A stretch of DNA of 64,000 nucleotides from Arenicellales bacterium (GTDB taxonomy: Bacteria > Pseudomonadota > Gammaproteobacteria > Arenicellales > JAJDZL01), in contig CBDCPT010000004.1 of the NCBI GenBank assembly GCA_965220395.1, positions 647,433-711,432 on the forward strand. Reading direction: 5' to 3'. This document shows positions 40,318 through 48,934 of the stretch, piece after piece. Within the stretch, counting starts at the first letter, position 1; every line of letters starts with the position of its first letter. A program made the translations under genes and the position numbers. The notes beneath the pieces were generated by a model. It was given only the letters and a program-made list of their open reading frames with translations. It ran no database searches and was not told where the DNA came from.

Positions 40318-41856
40318 CTACGCGGGTTCCGCGTTTCGTTTATCTTTTGTGATCTGGATGAACTGGTCCAGCTCCTCCAGAATGTCCGGTTGCAGATTCG
40401 GCGGTTCATACTCTTCCAGCAGACGTTGGTAGATTTGATTCGCCCGAACCGTCGCATCAATCGCACCGCTTTCAAACCAGTTTTCAAAATTCCGCCAGTC
40501 CGACAGAATCGGCTGATAAAACTCAGTGTCATAGCGTTCCATGGTTTGCTGTGCGGCAAAGAAATGTCCACCAGGACCTACTTCCCGTATTGCATCAATT
40601 CCCAAGGTATCGTCATTTACCTCAACTGGCTTCAGAACTTCAACCATTCCCTGCAACATTTCGGCGTCGATTATAAACTTCTCGAATGATGCACAGAGCC
40701 CACCTTCCAGCCACCCAAGCGCATGATGAACAAGATTGGCATGCCCCATCACTGCGGCCCAGATTGCCATCTGCGATTCATAGGCAGCCTGTACGTCAGG
40801 TGCATTCGACGCATTGACATTGGACGATCGGTAAGGAATCCCGTAGAATCTTGCGAACTGTCCGCCTATCAATGTGGCTTTAACATATTCCGGCGTACCG
40901 AATGCTGGAGAGCCGGTTTTCATATCGACATTCGAGGTAAAACCTCCATACATCACCGGTGCTCCTGGATTGACGATCTGCGCAAATGCAAGCCCTGCGA
41001 GCGCTTCTGCGTTTTGTTGGGTTACTGCGCCAGCCAGGGTGATGGGAGCCATGGCACCAGCCAGTGTGAAAGGCGTGATCACTACAACCTGATTCATACG
41101 TGCGAGTTCAATGATTCCCCACAGCATCGGCACGTCGTACTGCAAGGGAGAATTCGCATTAATGATGGTAAACAGACTCGGCTGCTGCCTGAAATTGGCA
41201 TAACTAAGATTTCGGCTGATACGGGTAATTTCAAGCAGATCCATGACACGGTCTCGACCCAAGGAATAGCACCTGCAAACCTTGTCCGTCAGTGTAATAT
41301 TCGCACGTGCGGTTTCAAGATGCCGGGTTTTGGGATTGAGATCAAGAGGTTCGACGGGATGTCCGGAGATCGCGTGGGCGATGTTCACACAATGTGCCAA
41401 TCGAATGAAATTGCAATAATCTACGTAGTTGCCGGAGCGTCTACCCCCATGAATATCACTCACATTCGGAGGGCCGGCGACCGTTGAAAAAGCAATCCAG
41501 CGTCCACCGATGTTCAGATTGCGCGCCGGATTTCGGGCGTGAATTGTGAACTCGGATGGAGCTTTACTCACGGCTTCGAGAATCAGATTTCTGTCAAATC
41601 GAACACGCGTTCCTTCGACATCAACATCTGCTCCAGCCTGCTTGAGAATCTGCCGCGCCTCATCCAACAGAAAGTTGACGCCAATTTCCTCCAGAACGGT
41701 AAGGGAAGCATTGTGAATCCTCTCCAACTGGTCTTGTGATAGAACTTCGACCGGCGAATACGGGTTTATGACTTGTTGGAAAGGAAGTTGAGGTACAGCA
41801 GCCTGCGACGGCTTTGGGCGTCGACTTCGCCGCTCGGGTCGAGTTTTAGCCATCAC
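40318..41856 (-). CDS. MttB-family methyltransferase, non-pyrrolysine type
   Basis: 512 aa with MttB superfamily length and motifs and no in-frame TAG. Adjacent to the DMGDH-like gene. Confidence 0.8.
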   Translation of the reverse strand: MMAKTRPERRSRRPKPSQAAVPQLPFQQVINPYSPVEVLSQDQLERIHNASLTVLEEIGVNFLLDEARQILKQAGADVDVEGTRVRFDRNLILEAVSKAPSEFTIHARNPARNLNIGGRWIAFSTVAGPPNVSDIHGGRRSGNYVDYCNFIRLAHCVNIAHAISGHPVEPLDLNPKTRHLETARANITLTDKVCRCYSLGRDRVMDLLEITRISRNLSYANFRQQPSLFTIINANSPLQYDVPMLWGIIELARMNQVVVITPFTLAGAMAPITLAGAVTQQNAEALAGLAFAQIVNPGAPVMYGGFTSNVDMKTGSPAFGTPEYVKATLIGGQFARFYGIPYRSSNVNASNAPDVQAAYESQMAIWAAVMGHANLVHHALGWLEGGLCASFEKFIIDAEMLQGMVEVLKPVEVNDDTLGIDAIREVGPGGHFFAAQQTMERYDTEFYQPILSDWRNFENWFESGAIDATVRANQIYQRLLEEYEPPNLQPDILEELDQFIQITKDKRNAEPA

Positions 41857-42322
41857 TAACCGGAAAATATGTCAGTACGACAGTTACGGGATGCCAATTT
41901 CATCATCAATGGCAAGACAGCATTCTGATGATAGGCATTTTCAATGTATTCAATCGGCGAGCTCGCGGCGAGAAATTTTTCAATGAATTATAAGCAAATA
42001 TTCCTAGTCAATATCTACTCGTAAATTGGTGGAATTCTGTAAATCAACACGTAGTGAACAAAGTGGAAGATAAAATTATCATCGCAACTCCTAAAGCGAT
42101 TGCAGATAAACAAACGAAGTGTTGACTCGTGCCATAGAAGCCGTACTTCGTGCAGATGACTATGGTTACAAAACAGAAGAGTTTTTAATGCTCGTTATAT
42201 CTGCGGATATAAGAACAACTATCACTGACAATGCGGAGACGATTAGTCCGGAAGCCACTCTAAAGAACACTCCAGATTCAATTGTGAGTCAGTTTAAATT
42301 CTGCAACTAAGGTTTTCGAAAT

Positions 42323-42733
42323 TCAGTAACTACTCATCGGCAAATTCTGGGCGAACCTTTTCTCCACAGCCTTTGCATCCGCATTTAGGCCTTGCGACAC
42401 ACCTGTAGCCATATGGCCTGGATAAAGTTCTTCTTCTCCAGCTTCCAATGCATCAAGAGTTTGTTCAGCAACCTTTGCAGGCGGAATTTTCGGAGGTGGG
42501 AAATTGCAGCTCATATCGGTATTAATTGCACCAGGCATGACGGCTAGTACGGTTGTACTTGACCTGCCAATTCCTCACGAACCCCTTGCGCGATGCTGTT
42601 CGCTGCCGACACCGCCGGTCATAGTCGGAATATGATTCACGTAGGGACTATCCACCATAGTACCCATGGTGGAAGGGACATCGCGACTTGCAAATTCATA
42701 CTCGCAATACTTGTCTCACAACTGGCTGAGATC
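42323..42733 (-). pseudogene. Decayed SDR gene remnant
   Basis: Only the C-terminal 71-aa ORF is intact (MPGAINTDM...). Upstream, the SDR helix (SAANSIAQGVREELAG) and TTVLAVMPGAINTDM are readable in two different frames with stop codons. The N-terminal half is absent. Confidence 0.6.
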
Positions 42734-43438
42734 TTAGATGGGACCAAGCGTATTTTGCAACAAAGCCAGACTCCGCGAATATGCCATCATCGTTGATGGT
42801 TTGTGATAGCTGTCCCGGCCTGGCGTTGCAAAGGCATGATTGACTCCAGGATAGTAATAGATTTCCACATCCGACCGACCCTCGAAGGTCTGACGAATCT
42901 GCGCGAATACTTCCGGCGGGACGAATGAATCTTCGGCTGCAAAATGCATCACCATGGGACAGGTAATGTTGCCCGCTTCACCCAAAGACTGCTCAATAGC
43001 AACGCCGTAATAGGATACCGAACAGTCAACATCGGTTCTGGCTGCAGTGAGATAGGCAAGATTACCACCAAGACAATAACCCAAAGCCCCAACTTTTCCT
43101 GTGCACTCGGGTAATTCTCGCAGCGACTTGATCACGTCTGCGGTGTCTTTGATGCCTTGGTCAACATCAAAGCGCTGATAATAGTCAAACGCCTTGCCGA
43201 AGTCTTCGTCAGTGTAACCAAGGACAATTCCCGGCTTCATTCGCCAAAACAGGTCAGGTACCAGCACCACATAGCCTTCTTCAGCGAAATTCTCGGCCAT
43301 ATCTCGCAAATACTGGTTGATTCCGAATATTTCCTGAAGCAATATCAAGCCTGGACCCGAACCCTGTGCAGGTTTGGCTAGATACGCTTCGAAATTTCCG
43401 CCGTCGGAAGCGGTTATATTGATCATTGAGCCTGACAT
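42734..43438 (-). CDS. Dienelactone hydrolase family protein
   Basis: 234 aa, alpha/beta hydrolase, with a GYCLGG nucleophile elbow. Confidence 0.85.
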   Translation of the reverse strand: MSGSMINITASDGGNFEAYLAKPAQGSGPGLILLQEIFGINQYLRDMAENFAEEGYVVLVPDLFWRMKPGIVLGYTDEDFGKAFDYYQRFDVDQGIKDTADVIKSLRELPECTGKVGALGYCLGGNLAYLTAARTDVDCSVSYYGVAIEQSLGEAGNITCPMVMHFAAEDSFVPPEVFAQIRQTFEGRSDVEIYYYPGVNHAFATPGRDSYHKPSTMMAYSRSLALLQNTLGPI

Positions 43439-44043
43439 CTCATCATCCTGAAATTCATAAGTTATGCGTATTGTGAAAATGGGTTATTGTACAGATTCTC
43501 ATCCCGCAGAAATGACAAAGAATGACATCATAGCAACCAACAAGAAATGGAAATTGCAGGGATGGAGTTTGTGTTTCAGAAAGTTTTATTATGTTCGGTC
43601 GTATGAAGATATCGCAGTAGTGAACCAGGATTTATGAGTCTGACATCGAATAATGCACACCTTTGATGTTGATTCACGAACGGGTTGAGAGAGGGGCGCG
43701 GAGGCCATGGGATCAAGAACGCAGATGGACGATGGAAGAGAGGAGATGGTTCCATTTTTCGAAGCAGGTACAGTGGTTGAGGGTGTCGAGAGTGACGAAG
43801 AAACTGTGGTACCTTGAGAAGCGGTCGCGGGGTTCGTGTCGCAGTCCGCAATGCTGACCACAGTCGGCGTGGAAGGAGAAGGCAATCAGATCGAACTTTA
43901 CAGTCCGTTCGAAGTGTTGGTCGGGTGAAAAACTGCTCCGGGAACGACCCCTTGTCGTCCAGTAACAGAAACGCGAACATATGACAGGCTCACCCTTGTT
44001 TGCTGATCTCAATGCGGAATTTCTACACTTGCACTGACGACTA

Positions 44044-47000
44044 CTACACCTTTTCAGTCAGGGAAATCACATTTATGTCGGTACCCAAGGTTTTCTGCGC
44101 AATTTCAACTAAATGCGGATGATGGGTATAAAACAATACCTGTGTCCGCTCAGCCAATTGCCCCAGTACCTCGAATCCAGCAGCTGACCTATCCGGATCG
44201 AAGTTGATGAACAAATCGTCCGCCACAAACGGCAGTGCCAAGGCGTTGCCCAAGTAGTCTTCGACAGCAGAAATCCTGAGCGCCAGAAACAACTGATCTT
44301 CCGTTCCGCTACTGAGGCCTGGTACCGCCACCACCTCACCATCCGGTCGAACCCCAGTCAGACGCATGTTTTCACGCTCGTCGAACCCCACTTCCAACCG
44401 TTTAAAGGAATTCAGAGTCAACACCCGAAATAACTCTCCAGCCCGTTTAAGAAGCGGGCCTTGCTTCTCCTTTCGATAACGATCTATCGCCCAGCGCAAA
44501 AGTACTGCTGACGTCCTTAAGCGCACATAGCGTTCGGCCGCTTCCCGCATAGCGGCAAGAGCCTCCTGCCGATCAGCTGCTGCTTTTGCTGCTGCATCAT
44601 CACCGCCAATCTCTAGGAACTCCCGGTGCGCCTCAGTTTGCACAACTACCGCGTCTTGCAGCTGTTCTTGCAATAATTTAAGTTCACTTTCGGCCTCTTC
44701 CTCCCGTGTACGCACCTGATCGATATCGGCATCCCTGCATTCTTCTTCGAGTACCTCCATCGCCAGCCCATCACCTTGCAGATTCAGCGTCTCAAGAACG
44801 TTAGCCAGATCCTGTTTCAGCAGTCGTAGATGATCCGATTGCTCAATTGCCACCTTTAGATCGTCGATTTCCTTTACACGGGCAGTCTCAATGAGCGGCT
44901 GCACCAAAGTCCAAGCCTTTTTTCGATCTTCTTCCAACTTCTTGATCTGTCCCTTTAATGAGACTATATTCTCTGACACCTCCTTGTTCTGTTCGTGCAA
45001 ACCCACTGCTTCATCGCGTCGACGCTCAAGCTCCAGCACAGAATTTTCTGCATTAGTATTCACTAAGTCCGGTGCGAGTTCAGTCACTGTCTGGGCTACC
45101 CGACTATTGAATTCCGCGATATCCCGCTCAATGGTGAAAATGCGCTTGTCACGAAGTTCTTTCGCTCTACCCGCGTGATCCCGCATCTGATCGATCACCC
45201 TAATCTGGGCATTCACTACCTCCGGTTCGACTTCAATTTGTAGATCGGTTTCCGCGACAGCAGTTGACCAATCCTTCTTCCAATCTTCCAAGTCTAATTG
45301 AACCTGTTGCAGTTGGTGTTGGCACCTCTGAAAATCGTATTTAGCGACACGAACTGCTTCCCGCATCTCCTCCAATCGTTCAGCCTTGTCCTCCTGCTTC
45401 CGCTGAAACGTTTCGGCCCACTCGATTACCACACGCAACGAGTCCGATTGCAACTCGCTGGTGTCAACGCCTAGTACCGCTAGCTCAGCCATAACCCGCG
45501 CACTAGCTTCCTGTTCCTCGGCCTTGCAGGCATCCAGTTGCCCCTGCATCTCTCGTCGTTGTCTGATAGTCGTCACAATACCATCGTGCGCGTCCAGCCA
45601 CGCCAACATGACCTCGAGTTCCAGAACCACTACCGGAGTGTCTTCCCACAAACTCTGCCAGACTTTGTTCAATTGATCGCCTTCGTCTTTTAGAATAGCT
45701 ACCTGCGCCTCAATCTGCGAAATGACTGTTTGCTGCTCTGCCATTTTGCGCGCTAGCTCTGCCAATGCGCCGGTTTCTTCCGCTTTTTCAAAGCGCCGGT
45801 CGGAGACGGAATCGGCTTCCTGTATAGCTTCCTCGAATGCTAACGGCAGATGCTCAAGCTCTGCCGAGTAATCCCGCACTTTCTCCGAGGGAATTTGTGA
45901 ACGTTCAAAATATTTGAGTGTGATCAATTCCCAAAGATTGTCACGACGCGCTCGAGCCATTTCAAGTGCGTCTGGTGCAATTAACCCTTCGTCTCGAACC
46001 CGGCGTTCCAAGGCTTTCTGGTCACGCTCCAGTTGATTGAGAGAATCAACCCGACGCTCTTCCACAATGCGCTGACGTTGGGTCAAATCTCTGACCAGAC
46101 TGCGGTGTTCCTCGACGGTCACACGTAGCGGTACACGCAACACCTCAATGTTCACATCATGGGGAACGGAAGGATTCAGAAATTTGACTGCTCGTTCAGT
46201 TTGTTCGGTGGTTTCCTGCACCCGGTTCTGAGCAAATCGTATGCGGCTTGCCACATCACTACTGTCGCGTACAGCGTTCAATACTGCAGTAAGTCTTGAC
46301 ACATCAAGCGCTTCGCCCATTCGGCTTAGTTGCTCTGTCTTCTTATTCAGTGAGGCCTGAGCCTCTTGGGCAGACTTGCTCGCTGTTTCTACCGTCGAAT
46401 CCAGTCTCCCGCGCTGGCTCTCAAGGGCATGCAACCGTTGAATTTTTCCCCTCGCCGGTATTCGATCAATAAGTTCGTCCGGTTTCCGGGTATCCCATCC
46501 AAGATCCGTGGCAAGTTGAGTAAGTTCCCGAAGCTCGATTTCAAGTTCTCGCCGCCGCTTAGGTAAATCATCCTTTTCACGGCGAATCTCGATGCGTTGC
46601 TCATGAAGATAGGTGATGTCAATAGAACGTTGTACCAGCACTTCATCAAATTCAAGTCCATGCAGCCTCTGGCGTGCCTGATCATGCTGAAATGTTAAAA
46701 TTTCAACCTGCGGTTGTATTTCTGCTTCGTGTCTCTCGGTTTCAGCTAGGAGGGCAGCAGCATTGTTTGGCAGTTTAATCACCTCGTTCAACTCGGAAAT
46801 CTCCCCCTCCAACTCACGCTTGCGGCGCACGAAAGCATGGATACGGCGAATACGTGCAAGCTTCTTCAATTCGACCGAAGTTGCTTCGTGCTGCCGTCGA
46901 CACTCCTTATGAGCTTTCTCGGCATCATCCAGCGCTTTTCGCACTTTTCGCCATTCATTTGCGGACAAGGAATACTTGCGCTGCAGTTTTGTCGCACCAT

Positions 47001-47574
47001 TTAATCGATCTTCGGCCTGATAATAGCGCCGCTTTGTCGTTCTGCGTGGAGCCCAAATTTCGTCTGCCTCTTGCTCCAACCGGCTCAACCGCTGACGTAG
47101 ATCAGAAAGACCCGTGCCAGCGGAAAACATTATTTGACCAATATCGTCTTTAGCTTCGATAATCGCCTTCCCGCCTTGCGCCAGCCGGTTGTGGCCGAGA
47201 TTGAACATACGATCAAAAAACGCTCTGTCTGCTCCGCCAAGATACGGACCGAGCAGCCCTTCGTCGCCTACCATCGGGAGACCATCCAACCCCAAAATCG
47301 TTTCTCTCTTCCCCTTGCGTCGCTGGAATTCAAACTGTTTGGTCCTGTTCTCCACTACTGCTCCGATACGCATGGTTGAATATTCATGCCGAAAGGAGTA
47401 AGGCGAGCGATCAGGGATTCCGAACAGCAAATCCTCAATGGCTATCAATGATGTGGTTTTACCGGCTTCATTGGGACCGAAAACTATGTGGAGGTCTCGC
47501 TCACCTTGAGGGAAAGCGAAAGAAGCATCGGTAAACCGACCGTAGCTTGTGAGATCAAGACGTGCGAAGCGCAT
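44044..47574 (-). CDS. SMC/Rad50-like ABC ATPase, YhaN/AAA_27 type
   Basis: 1176 aa. Walker A GPNEAGKTT, roughly 900 aa of coiled coil with no CxxC zinc hook, signature LSSGTEDQL, Walker B FVADDLFINFD, H-loop FYTHH. Confidence 0.8.
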   Translation of the reverse strand: MRFARLDLTSYGRFTDASFAFPQGERDLHIVFGPNEAGKTTSLIAIEDLLFGIPDRSPYSFRHEYSTMRIGAVVENRTKQFEFQRRKGKRETILGLDGLPMVGDEGLLGPYLGGADRAFFDRMFNLGHNRLAQGGKAIIEAKDDIGQIMFSAGTGLSDLRQRLSRLEQEADEIWAPRRTTKRRYYQAEDRLNGATKLQRKYSLSANEWRKVRKALDDAEKAHKECRRQHEATSVELKKLARIRRIHAFVRRKRELEGEISELNEVIKLPNNAAALLAETERHEAEIQPQVEILTFQHDQARQRLHGLEFDEVLVQRSIDITYLHEQRIEIRREKDDLPKRRRELEIELRELTQLATDLGWDTRKPDELIDRIPARGKIQRLHALESQRGRLDSTVETASKSAQEAQASLNKKTEQLSRMGEALDVSRLTAVLNAVRDSSDVASRIRFAQNRVQETTEQTERAVKFLNPSVPHDVNIEVLRVPLRVTVEEHRSLVRDLTQRQRIVEERRVDSLNQLERDQKALERRVRDEGLIAPDALEMARARRDNLWELITLKYFERSQIPSEKVRDYSAELEHLPLAFEEAIQEADSVSDRRFEKAEETGALAELARKMAEQQTVISQIEAQVAILKDEGDQLNKVWQSLWEDTPVVVLELEVMLAWLDAHDGIVTTIRQRREMQGQLDACKAEEQEASARVMAELAVLGVDTSELQSDSLRVVIEWAETFQRKQEDKAERLEEMREAVRVAKYDFQRCQHQLQQVQLDLEDWKKDWSTAVAETDLQIEVEPEVVNAQIRVIDQMRDHAGRAKELRDKRIFTIERDIAEFNSRVAQTVTELAPDLVNTNAENSVLELERRRDEAVGLHEQNKEVSENIVSLKGQIKKLEEDRKKAWTLVQPLIETARVKEIDDLKVAIEQSDHLRLLKQDLANVLETLNLQGDGLAMEVLEEECRDADIDQVRTREEEAESELKLLQEQLQDAVVVQTEAHREFLEIGGDDAAAKAAADRQEALAAMREAAERYVRLRTSAVLLRWAIDRYRKEKQGPLLKRAGELFRVLTLNSFKRLEVGFDERENMRLTGVRPDGEVVAVPGLSSGTEDQLFLALRISAVEDYLGNALALPFVADDLFINFDPDRSAAGFEVLGQLAERTQVLFYTHHPHLVEIAQKTLGTDINVISLTEKV

Positions 47575-47577
47575 CGC

Positions 47578-48852
47578 TCAGTCATGCTCCATCATCAAGC
47601 GTGCATTGAGGTAGGGTGTGACCTGCTCAATGAGATCGGAAAAATTGCCAGCAATAGCAGCAGCCAGAACTTCGTCCGTACCGCTCTCTTTTAATTCATG
47701 AGGCAGGAGCCGGACTAACCTCCCGATATCTCCTTGCATGTGCGCGATAAGTTCCTTGTCGGCACCGGCATCCTGCAACATGCGCTGAAGATCTCCAAGA
47801 GTATCCTCCCGCGCAGCCAACGTGGTGAAATCTGCCACCGGCGTAGTTAAAACCGAAACCTGCTCCACCCAAGCAACTTCCTCACCCAAACCGAGGGCGA
47901 TAGATCGTGCTTCGGCCGTCAGTTTCTCGGCATCCGTCACCAACTGGCCGTGAAGCCTGGTCCTACCTCGCAACAGAATGCGGCAAACTAGCATCCGCTC
48001 ACTAGCTTCTTCTCTGCCTTGTACCAATGCCTCGCGCATCAGATCGACAACCTCGCCAATATCGACAGCGACTGTCACATCCACTTCGTGCGCCTCCCAG
48101 CGCACCACGTCAAAATCAAGGGGAGTAAGATCAGCAACGTCTCCACCCTCGACGGTGATCAGATAGGCACCCTTGGGTCCAGTTTCGCGAATATGGCGGC
48201 CCTGAAGATTGCCGGGGAAAACGACGTGAGGTTGTACATGGAGTACCTGGCGTTTGTGCACATGACCCAACGCCCAGTAATCGTAGCCCTTTGCGACGAG
48301 TTCCTTGAGGTCGCAAGGCGCATAGTTGGCATGCCCACCCATGCCACCCAATGCGGTGTGAAGTACCCCGATGTTGAACGCACCATCAATTGGTGAAGGA
48401 TAGCCCGGCACCAGATTTTCTGTAACCGCAGTCTGGCGGTAGCTTTGCCCATGCAACACGACATTTATCTCTTCGTTTCGAAAAGTCTCCGGATTCCGAA
48501 CACCGAAAACGTTTACATTGTCTGGCAGGACCAACGGCTTGGTGATCTGACTTTGGGCGTCATGATTACCGTGCAGGAGGTAAACTGGGATACGATACTG
48601 ATGTAGCCGCCCCATCTGCTCAGCAAAAAACAGCCCAGTTTTGTAGTCACGCCAACTCCCGTCGTAAAGGTCGCCGGCAATTACGAGGAAGTCAATCTCG
48701 CTTTCGATCACCCGTTCCACAAGAGACTCGAAAGCAGCTCGTGGGGCTGCGCGGATGCGGTCAGCGACTTGTCCCTCGATATTCGACAACCCGATTAACG
48801 GGCTATCGAGGTGGATGTCTGCTGCGTGCAGGAAACGGAAAGATGTCATCAC
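47578..48852 (-). CDS. Mre11/SbcD-like metallophosphoesterase nuclease, YhaO type
   Basis: 424 aa with calcineurin-fold motifs (ADIHLD, AGDLYD, HGNHD, GHVH). Its stop lies 3 nt before the ATPase start. A GGAGG sequence precedes the start. Confidence 0.85.
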   Translation of the reverse strand: MMTSFRFLHAADIHLDSPLIGLSNIEGQVADRIRAAPRAAFESLVERVIESEIDFLVIAGDLYDGSWRDYKTGLFFAEQMGRLHQYRIPVYLLHGNHDAQSQITKPLVLPDNVNVFGVRNPETFRNEEINVVLHGQSYRQTAVTENLVPGYPSPIDGAFNIGVLHTALGGMGGHANYAPCDLKELVAKGYDYWALGHVHKRQVLHVQPHVVFPGNLQGRHIRETGPKGAYLITVEGGDVADLTPLDFDVVRWEAHEVDVTVAVDIGEVVDLMREALVQGREEASERMLVCRILLRGRTRLHGQLVTDAEKLTAEARSIALGLGEEVAWVEQVSVLTTPVADFTTLAAREDTLGDLQRMLQDAGADKELIAHMQGDIGRLVRLLPHELKESGTDEVLAAAIAGNFSDLIEQVTPYLNARLMMEHD

Positions 48853-48934
48853 ATACCTCCCGTTGAACAGTTAATCACAAGAAGCATAACACTCTGACAA
48901 GGGATTTATATCTTTGACAAGCTCATACAATACG

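Noticed and set aside
38372-41487. Long plus-strand ORFs (up to 254 aa) antisense to the DMGDH-like and MttB-family genes.
   Set aside because: They are shadow ORFs of strongly supported minus-strand genes with no motifs.
40318-41856. Possible pyrrolysine (in-frame TAG) in the MttB-family gene.
   Set aside because: The ORF is continuous over 512 codons with no internal amber codon. This is the non-Pyl type.
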